Positions 51,803 to 61,721 of a stretch of DNA of 64,000 bases are shown piece by piece. The stretch covers positions 198,630 through 262,629 of the forward strand of contig PBEC01000018.1 in assembly GCA_002717515.1 (NCBI GenBank), in the 5' to 3' direction. The notes beneath the pieces were generated by a model, which was given only the letters and a program-made list of their open reading frames with translations, did not search any database and was not told where the DNA came from. The first letter of the stretch is position 1. The number at the start of each line of letters is the position of its first letter. The position numbers and the translations under genes were made by a program. This DNA is from Flavobacteriales bacterium (GTDB lineage: Bacteria; Bacteroidota; Bacteroidia; Flavobacteriales_C; GCA-002722245).

Positions 51803-53632
51803 TTATTTAACTTCAATAGGACTTTGTTGAAAATCTCCTCTTAACAATCGGTATTTTTTTCTTGCTTCAAATGCATAATAACTGTCCTGATGCTTCACTA
51901 TAATTTCTTCAAAGCAAAGTAAAGCCTTATCGGGGTTTTTAAGAATTTTATTATAAATTATTCCCATTTCATATAGTGCATCATCTTTTAATAAATCATC
52001 ATAATCTATCGCTTTTTGATATCGATCGATTGCATCTGCCCATCTTTTATTTTTGGCATGTATTTTTGCTTGCATAAAATATACATCATCCAGAAGAGTT
52101 AAATTATCTGGGAATTGATTTAATATACTGTCGTAATAGATATAGGCCAAAGAGTCATTGTTTTGATAGTAATATAAATCTGCTTTAGCATATAATTTTA
52201 GCGGGGCTGTTGCTGTGTCCAAAGCTAAATTATCAGAAATTAGAATAGAAAGCTGCATTGCATCATTTGCAATTAATTTCGTTGTACTTGCTTTAAGTAC
52301 ATCCAGTTGTGTTTTCGCCCATTCAAAATCACCTCCATAAAAGTAAGTTTTAGCTGCTTTTAGTTTGGCCTCATGTCCAATAATATCTTCGCTAAAATCA
52401 TGATTTACTTGACCATACAATAACGCGGCCTCCCAAATGTTGTCTTCTTTAACATAAATATCTGCCAATGTTATTTTACATTTTGCCAATTCTGTATTTT
52501 TAGCTCTCGATTGCTTTAAAGCTGTTTTTAATTCTTCTTTAGCTTTTTCAGTTTCGTTATAATTAAATGCGAGTAAGAGAGCATAACCTCGTATTAAGTC
52601 CATTGTATAGTTGTTTCTACCAAGTTCTTCCAATGCGCTTTCATAATTTTTTTTCAACGAATTAATGTCTTCTGATGTTGAGTTGGGGTCTTCCTTAATT
52701 TTTTTATTTAAGACCTCAACCGTTTTCATCCTTGCTGTTCTGTAGAAATAAGAATCATCCTTTTTATCTAAAAGGTATTTGTATGCTTTTAGTGCTACAT
52801 CATAAGCTTTATTTTGAACAAAGATTTCGGCAATTTTTATAATTCTATTTCCAAATTCTTGGTTTCTTTTGTCAAGTGCGACAGCATGAGTTAAAGCTGA
52901 AGAAAATTTCTTTTCTTGTAGAAAAAACCAAATTAATAGTTCCGTGTAGCTGCTTTGAGAGGGATGTTTTTGTACAAACTCTAAGAGAACTTCTTTAAAA
53001 ACACGTCTTTTTTTTCCATTTGAATCATCATAAAAGTAAGTAGATAAAGCTCCTTTTACCGATTCTATGTAGTCTTCTCCAAATTCCAGAACACCGATTA
53101 AGGATTTAGAGACATAAGTTAAGTTTCCTTTCGCTTCATATACTTTTGCAAGCTCAAAGGCAAAAGGATAGTCTCCGTTTATGAGTTTTGAACCCCTTTT
53201 GTAAGCTTTAATTGCATAATCGTATTTTCCTTTCTGATAAAATTTATTTCCGACGGATAAAATGGAGTTTACATTACCGACCATCGATTTCAGTGTTTGA
53301 TCATATACTTGTAAGGCCTTAGTTTGTTTACCCCAAGCTTCTAAAACATATCCATGGTCAATCCCTAATTCAATTCTACCCGGATGTTTTTTTATGTGAT
53401 TTTTAGTTAGTTTTTCTGCTTCTTTGAAACGCTCTAAAAAAATGAATGATTGCAACAAAGGTTCATAATACTCTTTTTTTTGCTCTTTTTTGTAAAGACT
53501 TTTGTAAAGTATGATTGCTTTTTCATATTGCTTTTCAGCAAAGTATTGGTAGGCTATTTTTTCATTTTGAGATTGGCTAAATCCAAATATTGTTATGAGT
53601 GAGAAACAAATTGTGAATGTCCACTTATACAT
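51803..53632 (-). CDS. Secreted tetratricopeptide repeat protein
   Basis: Signal peptide, helical TPR-like repeats (A..Y..A, DDALY..G) and a KYRLLRGD C-terminal motif. Confidence 0.82.
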   Translation of the reverse strand: MYKWTFTICFSLITIFGFSQSQNEKIAYQYFAEKQYEKAIILYKSLYKKEQKKEYYEPLLQSFIFLERFKEAEKLTKNHIKKHPGRIELGIDHGYVLEAWGKQTKALQVYDQTLKSMVGNVNSILSVGNKFYQKGKYDYAIKAYKRGSKLINGDYPFAFELAKVYEAKGNLTYVSKSLIGVLEFGEDYIESVKGALSTYFYDDSNGKKRRVFKEVLLEFVQKHPSQSSYTELLIWFFLQEKKFSSALTHAVALDKRNQEFGNRIIKIAEIFVQNKAYDVALKAYKYLLDKKDDSYFYRTARMKTVEVLNKKIKEDPNSTSEDINSLKKNYESALEELGRNNYTMDLIRGYALLLAFNYNETEKAKEELKTALKQSRAKNTELAKCKITLADIYVKEDNIWEAALLYGQVNHDFSEDIIGHEAKLKAAKTYFYGGDFEWAKTQLDVLKASTTKLIANDAMQLSILISDNLALDTATAPLKLYAKADLYYYQNNDSLAYIYYDSILNQFPDNLTLLDDVYFMQAKIHAKNKRWADAIDRYQKAIDYDDLLKDDALYEMGIIYNKILKNPDKALLCFEEIIVKHQDSYYAFEARKKYRLLRGDFQQSPIEVK

Positions 53633-53852
53633 TATGTTAAATTACGTTGTAAAATTTAAACTTCAAATTAATTTTTGTAACGATAAATTTTAAAAATTAT
53701 TACCGTCGGATTTTATAAATATGTTGAAGTTTATACCTATTTATCATTGGTTTAAATTTCAATCAAATTTTGGTTTGTCCTCTTTTGAACTAATCAGTTT
53801 TCGAGAAAGAGAAAAAACGAATTACATCTTATTAAAAAGTTATTTTTCTCGA

Positions 53853-56570
53853 TTAGTAGTTTAAGATTGGACCTAACCATTTTTCTATGTATTCAATAGT
53901 TTCTCCCTTTCTTTGTGCATAATCCTCTACTTGATCTTTTTCTATTTTACCGATCCCAAAATATTTTGAATCAGGATGAGCAAAATACCATCCTGAAACT
54001 GATGCTGTTGGATACATCGCCATACTTTCTGTCAAGGAAACTCCAGTTAATTCCTCGGCATTTAAAAGCTTGAAAAGTGTAGGTTTTTCTAAATGGTCTG
54101 GACAAGCTGGATATCCTGGTGCCGGTCGAATTCCCTTATATGATTCTTTAATTAAATCTTCATTTTCAAAATTCTCTTCGGCTGCATACCCCCAAATTTC
54201 TTTTCTTACTTTTTCATGCATTAACTCAGTGAAAGCCTCTGCGCATCGATCTGCTAATGCTTTTAACATAATCGAATTGTAATCGTCGTGATCAGATTCA
54301 AACCTTTCAATATGTTTTTCAATCCCAATTCCGGCCGTTACTACAAATCCTCCGATGTAATCTTTTACTCCCGATTCTTTTGGAGCAATAAAATCTACTA
54401 GTGAATGATTTGGTAATCCTTCCTTTTTCTTCTGTTGTTGGCGAATGGTAAAGAATTTTTCGGCTACTTCATTTCTGGATTCATTTGTATAAACCTCAAT
54501 ATCTTCCTCTACTGAATTTGCAGGCCAAATTCCTACAACAGCTTTATTGCATATCCATTTTTCTGCGATAATATCATCGAGCATTTTTAGTGCATCTATC
54601 AGTAGTTTTTTAGCCTCTTTTCCTACGATTTTGTCTTCTAAAATATTCGGATATCTACCATGCAAATCCCATGTTTGAAAGAAGGGGGTCCAATCAATGT
54701 ATTTCTTTATTTCTTCTAAAGAGATGTCATCAAACAACTTTACTCCAATGAAATTTGGAGTTTTCACCTCATATTGGTTCCATTCCGTTTTCTGTCTATT
54801 TGCTTTTGCTTTTTTCCATGAAACTTTTTCTTTTGACGCTCTTCTTTTTTTATGATGTTCTCGCATTCTTGAATATTCGCTTTGAATATCCTTTATATAT
54901 TCATTTTTTTCTTTCCCAAGCAAGTTACTTGCTACTGTAACAGATCTTGAGGCATCCAATACGTAAACGGTTTGTCCTCCTTTATAGTGTTCTTCAATTT
55001 TAACTGCAGTATGGATTTTGGAAGTAGTCGCTCCACCAATTAATAAAGGAATATTCATACCACTTTTCTCCATTTCTTTAGCTACGGTAATCATTTCATC
55101 TAAAGATGGAGTAATTAATCCACTCAAACCTATTATGTCAACATTATGTTCTATGGCTGCTTCAATAATTTTATCGGGAGGTACCATTACTCCAATGTCG
55201 ATGATTTCGTAACCATTACAACCCAATACAACACCTACTATGTTTTTTCCGATATCGTGAACATCACCTTTTACCGTGGCTAGTAAAATTTTACCTGCTG
55301 AACTTCCTTCTTCTTTTTCATCCTCTAAAAAGGGTAAAAGATAGGCAACAGCTTTTTTCATTACCCTTGCTGATTTAACAACTTGAGGTAAAAACATTTT
55401 TCCCGATCCAAATAAGTCCCCAACTACATTCATTCCATCCATCAGAGGCCCTTCAATAACGTGAAGAGGTTTTTCGTGCGATAGCCTTGCCTCTTCTACA
55501 TCTTCATCTATGTAGTCGGTAATTCCTTTGACGAGAGAATGTTCCAACCTTTTTGCAACCGATTCTTCACGCCACTTAGTATCCGTTTTTTTCTCTTTTG
55601 CTGTCTCTACTACCGTTTCAGCAAATTCTAAAAGTTTTTCAGTAGCATCGTCTTTTCTATCAAGAAGAACATCCTCCACTTTTTCCAATAAATCTTTAGG
55701 AATGTCATCATAAACTTCTAACATTGCTGGATTTACAATTCCCATATCCATACCTTCTTTAATGGCATGATATAAAAAAGCTGAATGCATAGCTTCTCGA
55801 ACGGGATTATTACCCCTAAAAGAAAAAGATACATTGGATACCCCTCCGCTAACATGTGCTCCCGGTAGATTCTCTCTCACCCAGCGAGTTGCCTGTATAA
55901 AATCAATAGCATTTTTTCTATGTTCTTCAATTCCTGTAGCGACAGGAAAAACGTTCAAATCAAAAATAATATCTTGGGGAGAAAAATTCACTTTGGGTCC
56001 AGTAAGAATGGAATAGCTTCTTTCAACAATTTCTATTCTTCTTTCATACGTGTCTGCTTGTCCAACTTCATCAAATGCCATGACAATTGTTGCTGCACCA
56101 AACCTTTTAATTTTTTTTGCTTGTTCAATAAACTCTTCCTCTCCGCCTTTTAAGGAAATTGAATTTACAATTGATTTTCCTTGAACACATTTTAATCCTG
56201 CTTCAATTATTTCCCATTTAGAAGAGTCAATCATTATTGGAACTCTTGCAATATCGGGCTCGGCAGCAATTAGATTTAAGAATTTGGTCATAGATGAAAC
56301 ACCATCAATCATTCCCTCATCCATATTGATATCGATTACTTGAGCACCATTTTCAACTTGATCTCGAGCAATAGAAAGAGCCTCATCAAAAAGTTCTTCT
56401 TTGATGAGACGCAAAAATTTTCTTGAACCGGTAACATTTGTTCGTTCACCTACATTAACAAAATTAAGTTCAGGAGTAACAACCAAAGGTTCTAAACCAC
56501 TCAACCGCATAAAGGGAAGATCATTCCATTTGTATTCATATTGACCCTGATAGTCAGGATGTAAACTCAT
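53853..56570 (-). CDS. metH: B12-dependent methionine synthase: pterin-binding, cobalamin-binding and reactivation domains
   Basis: [42 protein letters not shown] and [10 protein letters not shown]. Confidence 0.95.
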   Translation of the reverse strand: MSLHPDYQGQYEYKWNDLPFMRLSGLEPLVVTPELNFVNVGERTNVTGSRKFLRLIKEELFDEALSIARDQVENGAQVIDINMDEGMIDGVSSMTKFLNLIAAEPDIARVPIMIDSSKWEIIEAGLKCVQGKSIVNSISLKGGEEEFIEQAKKIKRFGAATIVMAFDEVGQADTYERRIEIVERSYSILTGPKVNFSPQDIIFDLNVFPVATGIEEHRKNAIDFIQATRWVRENLPGAHVSGGVSNVSFSFRGNNPVREAMHSAFLYHAIKEGMDMGIVNPAMLEVYDDIPKDLLEKVEDVLLDRKDDATEKLLEFAETVVETAKEKKTDTKWREESVAKRLEHSLVKGITDYIDEDVEEARLSHEKPLHVIEGPLMDGMNVVGDLFGSGKMFLPQVVKSARVMKKAVAYLLPFLEDEKEEGSSAGKILLATVKGDVHDIGKNIVGVVLGCNGYEIIDIGVMVPPDKIIEAAIEHNVDIIGLSGLITPSLDEMITVAKEMEKSGMNIPLLIGGATTSKIHTAVKIEEHYKGGQTVYVLDASRSVTVASNLLGKEKNEYIKDIQSEYSRMREHHKKRRASKEKVSWKKAKANRQKTEWNQYEVKTPNFIGVKLFDDISLEEIKKYIDWTPFFQTWDLHGRYPNILEDKIVGKEAKKLLIDALKMLDDIIAEKWICNKAVVGIWPANSVEEDIEVYTNESRNEVAEKFFTIRQQQKKKEGLPNHSLVDFIAPKESGVKDYIGGFVVTAGIGIEKHIERFESDHDDYNSIMLKALADRCAEAFTELMHEKVRKEIWGYAAEENFENEDLIKESYKGIRPAPGYPACPDHLEKPTLFKLLNAEELTGVSLTESMAMYPTASVSGWYFAHPDSKYFGIGKIEKDQVEDYAQRKGETIEYIEKWLGPILNY

Positions 56571-57571
56571 TGTTCTTGTATTTTTCTCGGTTTGTATTTT
56601 TCGGACAAAATTACCATTTCCTTAATATGTTCAGGAGTGGTTCCGCAACATCCTCCAATAATATTGATAATATTATTTTCTAGATACTCTTTAATCTGAC
56701 TTGACATATCTTCAGGAGTCTCGTCGTATTCACCAAATTCATTTGGTAAGCCTGCATTTGGATGAGCACTAACATAAAATTCAGTGTTTTTTGATATGAC
56801 TTCTAGGTAGGGTTTCATCATTTTAGCCCCAAGTGCACAATTAAATCCAACAGATAATAGGTTTAAATGAGAAACGGATGTTAAAAAGGCCTCAGCTGTT
56901 TGTCCACTGAGGGTTCTTCCTGATGCATCGGTAATTGTCCCGGAAACCATTATGGGAAGATCTATATTTTTTTCCTCAAAAATTTCATCGATAGCATACA
57001 AACAGGCTTTGGCATTTAATGTGTCAAAAATGGTCTCAACCAATAAAATATCAACACCACCATCGATTAAAGCTGAAGTTTGTTCTTTATAGGCCGTCAC
57101 CATTTCATCCCAGGTAATAGCTCTAAACCCTGGGTCATTTACATCTGGAGAAATTGATAATGTACGGTTTGTTGGCCCTATTGCACCTGCTACGTATCTT
57201 GGTTTATTGGGCGTTTTTAGAGTGTATTCATCAGCGATTTCTTTGGCAACCCTAGCGGAATGAAAATTAATATCATATACCGCTTCTTCCAATGCATAAT
57301 CTGCTTGAGCTATGGTTGTTCCAGAAAACGTATTAGTTTCTAAAATATCTGCACCGGCTTCCAGGTATTGAGCGTGTATCTCCTTTAAAACGTCAGGCCG
57401 TACTATAGCCAATAGATCGTTGTTGCCTTTAAGAGGATGCGAGTGATTTTTGAATCTTTCGCCTCTAAAATCTTCTTCTTCTAATTTATAGGTTTGAATT
57501 AATGAACCCATGGCGCCATCAAGCACGAGAATTCTTTTTTTCAGTATGTCTTTTATTTTTGGTTTAACCAT
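56567..57571 (-). CDS. metH: Methionine synthase homocysteine-binding module (split MetH N-terminal part)
   Basis: LDGAMG, ETNTF, GFNC, PNAGLP and the GGCCGT zinc motif. ATGA overlap with the downstream part. Confidence 0.93.
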   Translation of the reverse strand: MVKPKIKDILKKRILVLDGAMGSLIQTYKLEEEDFRGERFKNHSHPLKGNNDLLAIVRPDVLKEIHAQYLEAGADILETNTFSGTTIAQADYALEEAVYDINFHSARVAKEIADEYTLKTPNKPRYVAGAIGPTNRTLSISPDVNDPGFRAITWDEMVTAYKEQTSALIDGGVDILLVETIFDTLNAKACLYAIDEIFEEKNIDLPIMVSGTITDASGRTLSGQTAEAFLTSVSHLNLLSVGFNCALGAKMMKPYLEVISKNTEFYVSAHPNAGLPNEFGEYDETPEDMSSQIKEYLENNIINIIGGCCGTTPEHIKEMVILSEKYKPRKIQEQ

Positions 57572-57596
57572 TATTTTTTTTATTGTAACAATAAAC

Positions 57597-57653
57597 CTAT
57601 CGGAAAAATGAGATTAAATAAGAGAGTGATTTTTGACCTACAATTGTTTTCAT
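57597..57653 (-). CDS. Putative 18-aa leader peptide (uORF) between the SAM-I aptamer and metH
   Basis: MKTIVGQKSLSYLISFFR*. Its ATG directly follows the 3' strand of P1 and has A at -3. Confidence 0.35.
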   Translation of the reverse strand: MKTIVGQKSLSYLISFFR

Positions 57654-57753
57654 TTTATCTTTCCCATTGGGTTTTGGGTTGGACGTAGCACCTTCCAAAT
57701 CTTGGATTTGCCAAGGTTTCATAGGGCCATTCCCTTCACCTTTTATGATAAGC
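57654..57753 (-). ncRNA. SAM-I (S-box) riboswitch
   Basis: Minus strand reads CTTATCATAAAAGGTGAAGGGAATGGCCCTATGAAACCTTGGCAAATCCAAGATTTGGAAGGTGCTACGTCCAACCCAAAACCCAATGGGAAAGATAA. It shows P1, a kink-turn P2, the GCAA/GGTGC P3 and P4, and lies upstream of metH. Confidence 0.92.
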
Positions 57754-57774
57754 GATTAAAAAGAACTTTGGAAT

Positions 57775-58008
57775 TTACGAATTTACGAAATTCTTTAATC
57801 CTGCTCTAATTTTCCCTTTAAAACCAAGCAAAACAATTGCAATTAAAAGAAGATAGGGTGGAATCATAAGAAAAAGTATGCCTGAATTGAGTCCATTGGC
57901 CCATCCACCATCATTTTCTTCGGCTATTGCTTTACATTGTGAGCACATTGCAAAAGCAGATTGCGAAAATAAAAAACCCACTAAAAATAAGACCAAAGAT
58001 CTAAACAT
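57775..58008 (-). CDS. Small exported/membrane CxxC protein (77 aa)
   Basis: Signal peptide, then MCSQC and GLNSGILFLM..PY plus a TM helix. TATCTTTG lies 4 nt before ATG 58008. Confidence 0.78.
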   Translation of the reverse strand: MFRSLVLFLVGFLFSQSAFAMCSQCKAIAEENDGGWANGLNSGILFLMIPPYLLLIAIVLLGFKGKIRAGLKNFVNS

Positions 58009-58043
58009 ATTGCAAAGATACGAATTTGTATAATGAAGGTCAA

Positions 58044-58604
58044 TTACTTGCCGTAATATGGAGAAAGCATCAAATAAACTATTGGGCCCGTTAAAGCCAC
58101 ATATAGCCATACAGGGTAAGCCCATTTAACCAGCTTTTTATGACCTGAAACATCTCCTATAAATGCTCTGTAATATGAAAATAAAATAAAGGGTAATGAA
58201 ATTCCCGATAAGACAATGTGAGTTGAAAGTATGAAGTAGTATAAACCAACCAAATCTCCTTCATATGATGTTTCCTTATTGGTAATGTGGTAAAGAACAT
58301 AACTCAACAAAAAGAAAACAGATAAAATCATAGCGAATGTATTCAACCGCATATGCATGGTTACATTTTTTCGTTTAATCATGATAAATGAAACGATTAA
58401 TGTAACAAAACATGAAAAGTTAATTATTGCATTTACTGCAGGTAAAGCTTTTGTGAATTCTGGTGCTTCATTGGGCCTTGGGAAATCTTTTGACCCCATT
58501 AATGTAACCAATAAAAAAACAACACCAGTGAATAACCATATTGCTATTTTTACGCCTCTTTTTTGATTGAATTTATCGGGGTTGTTTATTGTTTCACTAG
58601 CCAT
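58044..58604 (-). CDS. DUF420/CtaM-like membrane protein
   Basis: LP.VNA.IN, FLLSYVLYH, THIVLS, HKKL and WLYVALTG. Lies in the cox assembly cluster. Confidence 0.88.
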   Translation of the reverse strand: MASETINNPDKFNQKRGVKIAIWLFTGVVFLLVTLMGSKDFPRPNEAPEFTKALPAVNAIINFSCFVTLIVSFIMIKRKNVTMHMRLNTFAMILSVFFLLSYVLYHITNKETSYEGDLVGLYYFILSTHIVLSGISLPFILFSYYRAFIGDVSGHKKLVKWAYPVWLYVALTGPIVYLMLSPYYGK

Positions 58605-59206
58605 TTTATGTCTTCAATTAAATTATTAACTTCAGTAGTGTCTGTTCCATCATACAGTCCTCTTATTCTGTTTTTTTTGTCTACAAGTACCAAAAATTCA
58701 CTGTGTACAAACGGAATGGGCTGAGAGGTATCTTTTATTGCAGTTAATTGATAAGTTGCCGCCTGCCTGTATATTTTTTGAGCTTCACCTGTTACAAAGT
58801 CCCAATTACTAAGGTCGGCACCCATTTTCTGAGCATAATCTAATAATACATCAGTGGTGTCGTATTCAGGATTAACGGTATGAGAAAGTATAGAAAAGTT
58901 TATTCCATTCAATTTCCTTTGAACACGACTTAACTGATTTGTCATAACCGGACAAATTGTTTGACATGTTGTGAAAAAGAAATCGGTAACATAAACCTGG
59001 TTTTTATACTTATCAAGAGTTATTATTTGGTTGTTTTGATTTACAAATTTAAAATCAGATACAGTGTAATCAATTTCCTCTCCTGACTCATTGATTTGTT
59101 TCGGACCATAAACGGGAAGAGGTTGTTTGGGTGAACTACATGCGACAATTATTAAAAGTAGAAGACTACTTTTTAATTTGTTTGATATCCAGTTTCCTTG
59201 GAACAT
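58586..59206 (-). CDS. SCO family copper chaperone
   Basis: FFTTCQTICP (CxxxC), VHSE His ligand and LVDK..RIRG.Y. Lipobox-like IVAC. Confidence 0.92.
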   Translation of the reverse strand: MFQGNWISNKLKSSLLLLIIVACSSPKQPLPVYGPKQINESGEEIDYTVSDFKFVNQNNQIITLDKYKNQVYVTDFFFTTCQTICPVMTNQLSRVQRKLNGINFSILSHTVNPEYDTTDVLLDYAQKMGADLSNWDFVTGEAQKIYRQAATYQLTAIKDTSQPIPFVHSEFLVLVDKKNRIRGLYDGTDTTEVNNLIEDIKWLVKQ

Positions 59207-59837
59207 ACTGATTGTTTAGTAATTTGAACATTTTTGGAATATCTCTCGCCTTCTTAGCATCGTTAATTGGACAATATGCTCTAATGTGTTCTTCTTTATC
59301 AACCAGTACATAATCGTAGATATTTGTACTGTCGTTTAGAGATAATTTTAAATTATTCTTTATTTCTGAAAATTGTTTTTTAGATGCGTGCGCTAAATAC
59401 CATTTATCAGAAATCGATGCAACATATTCGTTAGGAGATTCTTTCCATTTTGTCATTTCAGGATCGTCTTCGAAAACAGATATAACTTTGATGTTGTTTG
59501 CTCTCTTAATTATTTTGCTTCCTATGTATAAAACGTGTTTTTCCCATTCTTTCGAATTTCCTTTGTGAAAGAGAGTAATCATATATAATGTTGAATCTTC
59601 ATGACTGAAGTGAATTGTGTCTCCAGTAAAGGTTGGAAGAGAAAATTCTGGTATTGTATAGTAGGGAGGAGGGTTTTTATATTTCAATTGAACAAATTTC
59701 CCTTCAAGATTCATTATGGGTAGAGTTCCCAGACCTTTAGAGTAATATATTAAGGCCATTGCAATGAGAAATGGAACTATAAACAGTCCTACATACAATA
59801 TTCTGTTCCTAGGAGACCATGTTTTTTTTTCTCCCAT
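59166..59837 (-). CDS. Degenerate SCO-like membrane-anchored protein lacking CxxxC
   Basis: N-terminal TM helix. YTIPEFS...GDTI and VLVDKEEHIRAY align with SCO motifs, but the Cys pair is absent. Confidence 0.65.
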   Translation of the reverse strand: MGEKKTWSPRNRILYVGLFIVPFLIAMALIYYSKGLGTLPIMNLEGKFVQLKYKNPPPYYTIPEFSLPTFTGDTIHFSHEDSTLYMITLFHKGNSKEWEKHVLYIGSKIIKRANNIKVISVFEDDPEMTKWKESPNEYVASISDKWYLAHASKKQFSEIKNNLKLSLNDSTNIYDYVLVDKEEHIRAYCPINDAKKARDIPKMFKLLNNQYVPRKLDIKQIKK

Positions 59838-59848
59838 AACTTCATTTA

Positions 59849-60229
59849 TTAATTGAGAGGAAAGTTGGAATCACTTACCGCCAAGGCCTCTGTTACTGAA
59901 ATGAAAATAAGATAGAGAACAAAAACTATGTAAGGAACTAAAACGGTTAATTTCATACCTTTTCTTTCATGACCAAGGTGCATGAACTCCATAACAATGT
60001 AGCCTGCTTTAATAAGAGTTAATACAATATATCCATATTTAATCATTGCCCAGGCCCAATCAGAAACGTTTGGATTACTTCTTGAAAACAGTATTCCAAC
60101 AATTACTTCAACCGCAGTTATGATTGTTAGAAGAATAGTTACTTTAACAATATTCTTTCTTATTTTTCTTCCTTCTTCTTCAGAGTGCTGTGCTCCCAAA
60201 GAATATTCTTTTATATCGTCTCTTTCCAT
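59849..60229 (-). CDS. Cytochrome c oxidase subunit IV family protein
   Basis: LTIITAVEV and KAGYIVMEFMHLGHE motifs. Confidence 0.88.
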   Translation of the reverse strand: MERDDIKEYSLGAQHSEEEGRKIRKNIVKVTILLTIITAVEVIVGILFSRSNPNVSDWAWAMIKYGYIVLTLIKAGYIVMEFMHLGHERKGMKLTVLVPYIVFVLYLIFISVTEALAVSDSNFPLN

Positions 60230-60250
60230 GAGATATATTAATTTTCTTTT

Positions 60251-60955
60251 TTATAATAGGTAATAGAAAGTAAATACAAATACCCAAACCAAATCTACAA
60301 AGTGCCAATAAAGACCAACTTTTTCGACCATTTCGTAATGACCACGTCTCTCGTAAGTTCCTCCGATTGAGTTGATTAATATTATTATGTTAATTACCAC
60401 ACCGGAGAATACGTGAAATCCGTGAAAACCAGTCACACAGAAGAAAAATTGAGCATACTGAGGCGGACCATACCCATCGAGTCCATAAGGGTTGGATGTA
60501 AGTGTTGCGTTGTCTCCCCAAGTACTTAATAATCCGTCTGTTCCAGCAATGAAAGTTGACCACTCCCATACCTGAGAACCTAAGAAAATAAAACCACCAA
60601 TGATTGTAGCAATCATCCATTTCACTACTCCTGCTTTATCGTTTCTGTGTCCGGCTTCAACAGCAAGAACCATTGTTACAGAGGATATGATTAAGACAAA
60701 TGTCATAAATGCCACATAGGCAAGTGGGAAGTTTCCGTGGACAAGTGGAATGTGAAAGAAAACTTGATCAGAAACGGGCCAGTCTGGATATACATATCTA
60801 AACCATCCCAAAGAAACAATAAACGCACCGAATGTTAATGCATCAGAAATTAAGAAGAGCCACATCATTAATTTACCATAGCTCATACTGAAAGGAGAAC
60901 GTCCTCCTTCCCAAAGTTCTTTAGCTGGAATCGCTTTACTTACCTCTCCTGCCAT
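60251..60955 (-). CDS. Cytochrome c oxidase subunit III
   Basis: MWLFLISD, SSVTM, TGFHGFHV and YWHFVDLVW. Confidence 0.92.
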   Translation of the reverse strand: MAGEVSKAIPAKELWEGGRSPFSMSYGKLMMWLFLISDALTFGAFIVSLGWFRYVYPDWPVSDQVFFHIPLVHGNFPLAYVAFMTFVLIISSVTMVLAVEAGHRNDKAGVVKWMIATIIGGFIFLGSQVWEWSTFIAGTDGLLSTWGDNATLTSNPYGLDGYGPPQYAQFFFCVTGFHGFHVFSGVVINIIILINSIGGTYERRGHYEMVEKVGLYWHFVDLVWVFVFTFYYLL

Positions 60956-60980
60956 TTTCTAAGATTTAAATTTTTCTCAA

Positions 60981-61718
60981 TTAGCCTACAAAATATAATA
61001 GGAGCAACAAAGATAACCACAAAAAATCTAAAAAGTGCCAATAAATTGAACTAACTTGAATTCCAACGATATCATTTTCGTTGTATTTTTTTAGTAAACT
61101 CTTGATTGTCACTACAATTAGAGAAATTATCCCTCCGAGAAGATGGACGAGATGTAAGCCGGTTAACATGTACATCCAGCTGCTTGCAACGTTATCAGCT
61201 CCAACACTGGGATAAAGTGGGATTGAATTGTATTCATCTCTTTTGTCGTAAAAAACACCGTCTACGTATTTAAGCTCATTATCATTCATAAAAACAGTGT
61301 AATCTACTCCGTATTCAACATCTTTGTTGTTGATTAATCCATCAATTTTTACGGCATCGCTTAAATACATTCCTTTCGATTTCATATACTTCCATCCGTC
61401 TCTCTGAAATTTCACAAACAATAAGCCAAGAATTAGTGTAATTATCATAAAGACAGGAAGCAGTTGAAATTTTCCTTTTTTTGCAAATCTTAAGGCAATA
61501 AAGAATGTAATACTACTTAAAATTATTATTCCTGTACTGATGAAAAATTCTTCTGGGACGTTAATGGAAACCCATACAGGACCTGTTTTTGCGATGTAAT
61601 AACCACTTGACAAACCTAGAAAGAGCATAATCATTGAACCTATGGCCAAATAGATCATATTTTTATTTGTCTTCTTTTTAATTTCTAATCTTTCTTCTTT
61701 TGAAATACTACTTCTCAT
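60981..61718 (-). CDS. Cytochrome c oxidase subunit III-like protein (second paralog)
   Basis: STGIIILSS, TGLHLVH and YWHFLDFLW. Confidence 0.88.
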   Translation of the reverse strand: MRSSISKEERLEIKKKTNKNMIYLAIGSMIMLFLGLSSGYYIAKTGPVWVSINVPEEFFISTGIIILSSITFFIALRFAKKGKFQLLPVFMIITLILGLLFVKFQRDGWKYMKSKGMYLSDAVKIDGLINNKDVEYGVDYTVFMNDNELKYVDGVFYDKRDEYNSIPLYPSVGADNVASSWMYMLTGLHLVHLLGGIISLIVVTIKSLLKKYNENDIVGIQVSSIYWHFLDFLWLSLLLLLYFVG

Positions 61719-61721
61719 AAC

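Noticed and set aside
56560-56580. Frameshifted metH pseudogene
   Set aside because: The break falls at the domain linker with a clean ATGA overlap, and both halves keep their catalytic motifs.
57775-58125. 116-aa version of the CxxC ORF given in the track
   Set aside because: The extension overlaps DUF420 and spans the promoter box. The signal peptide begins at ATG 58008.
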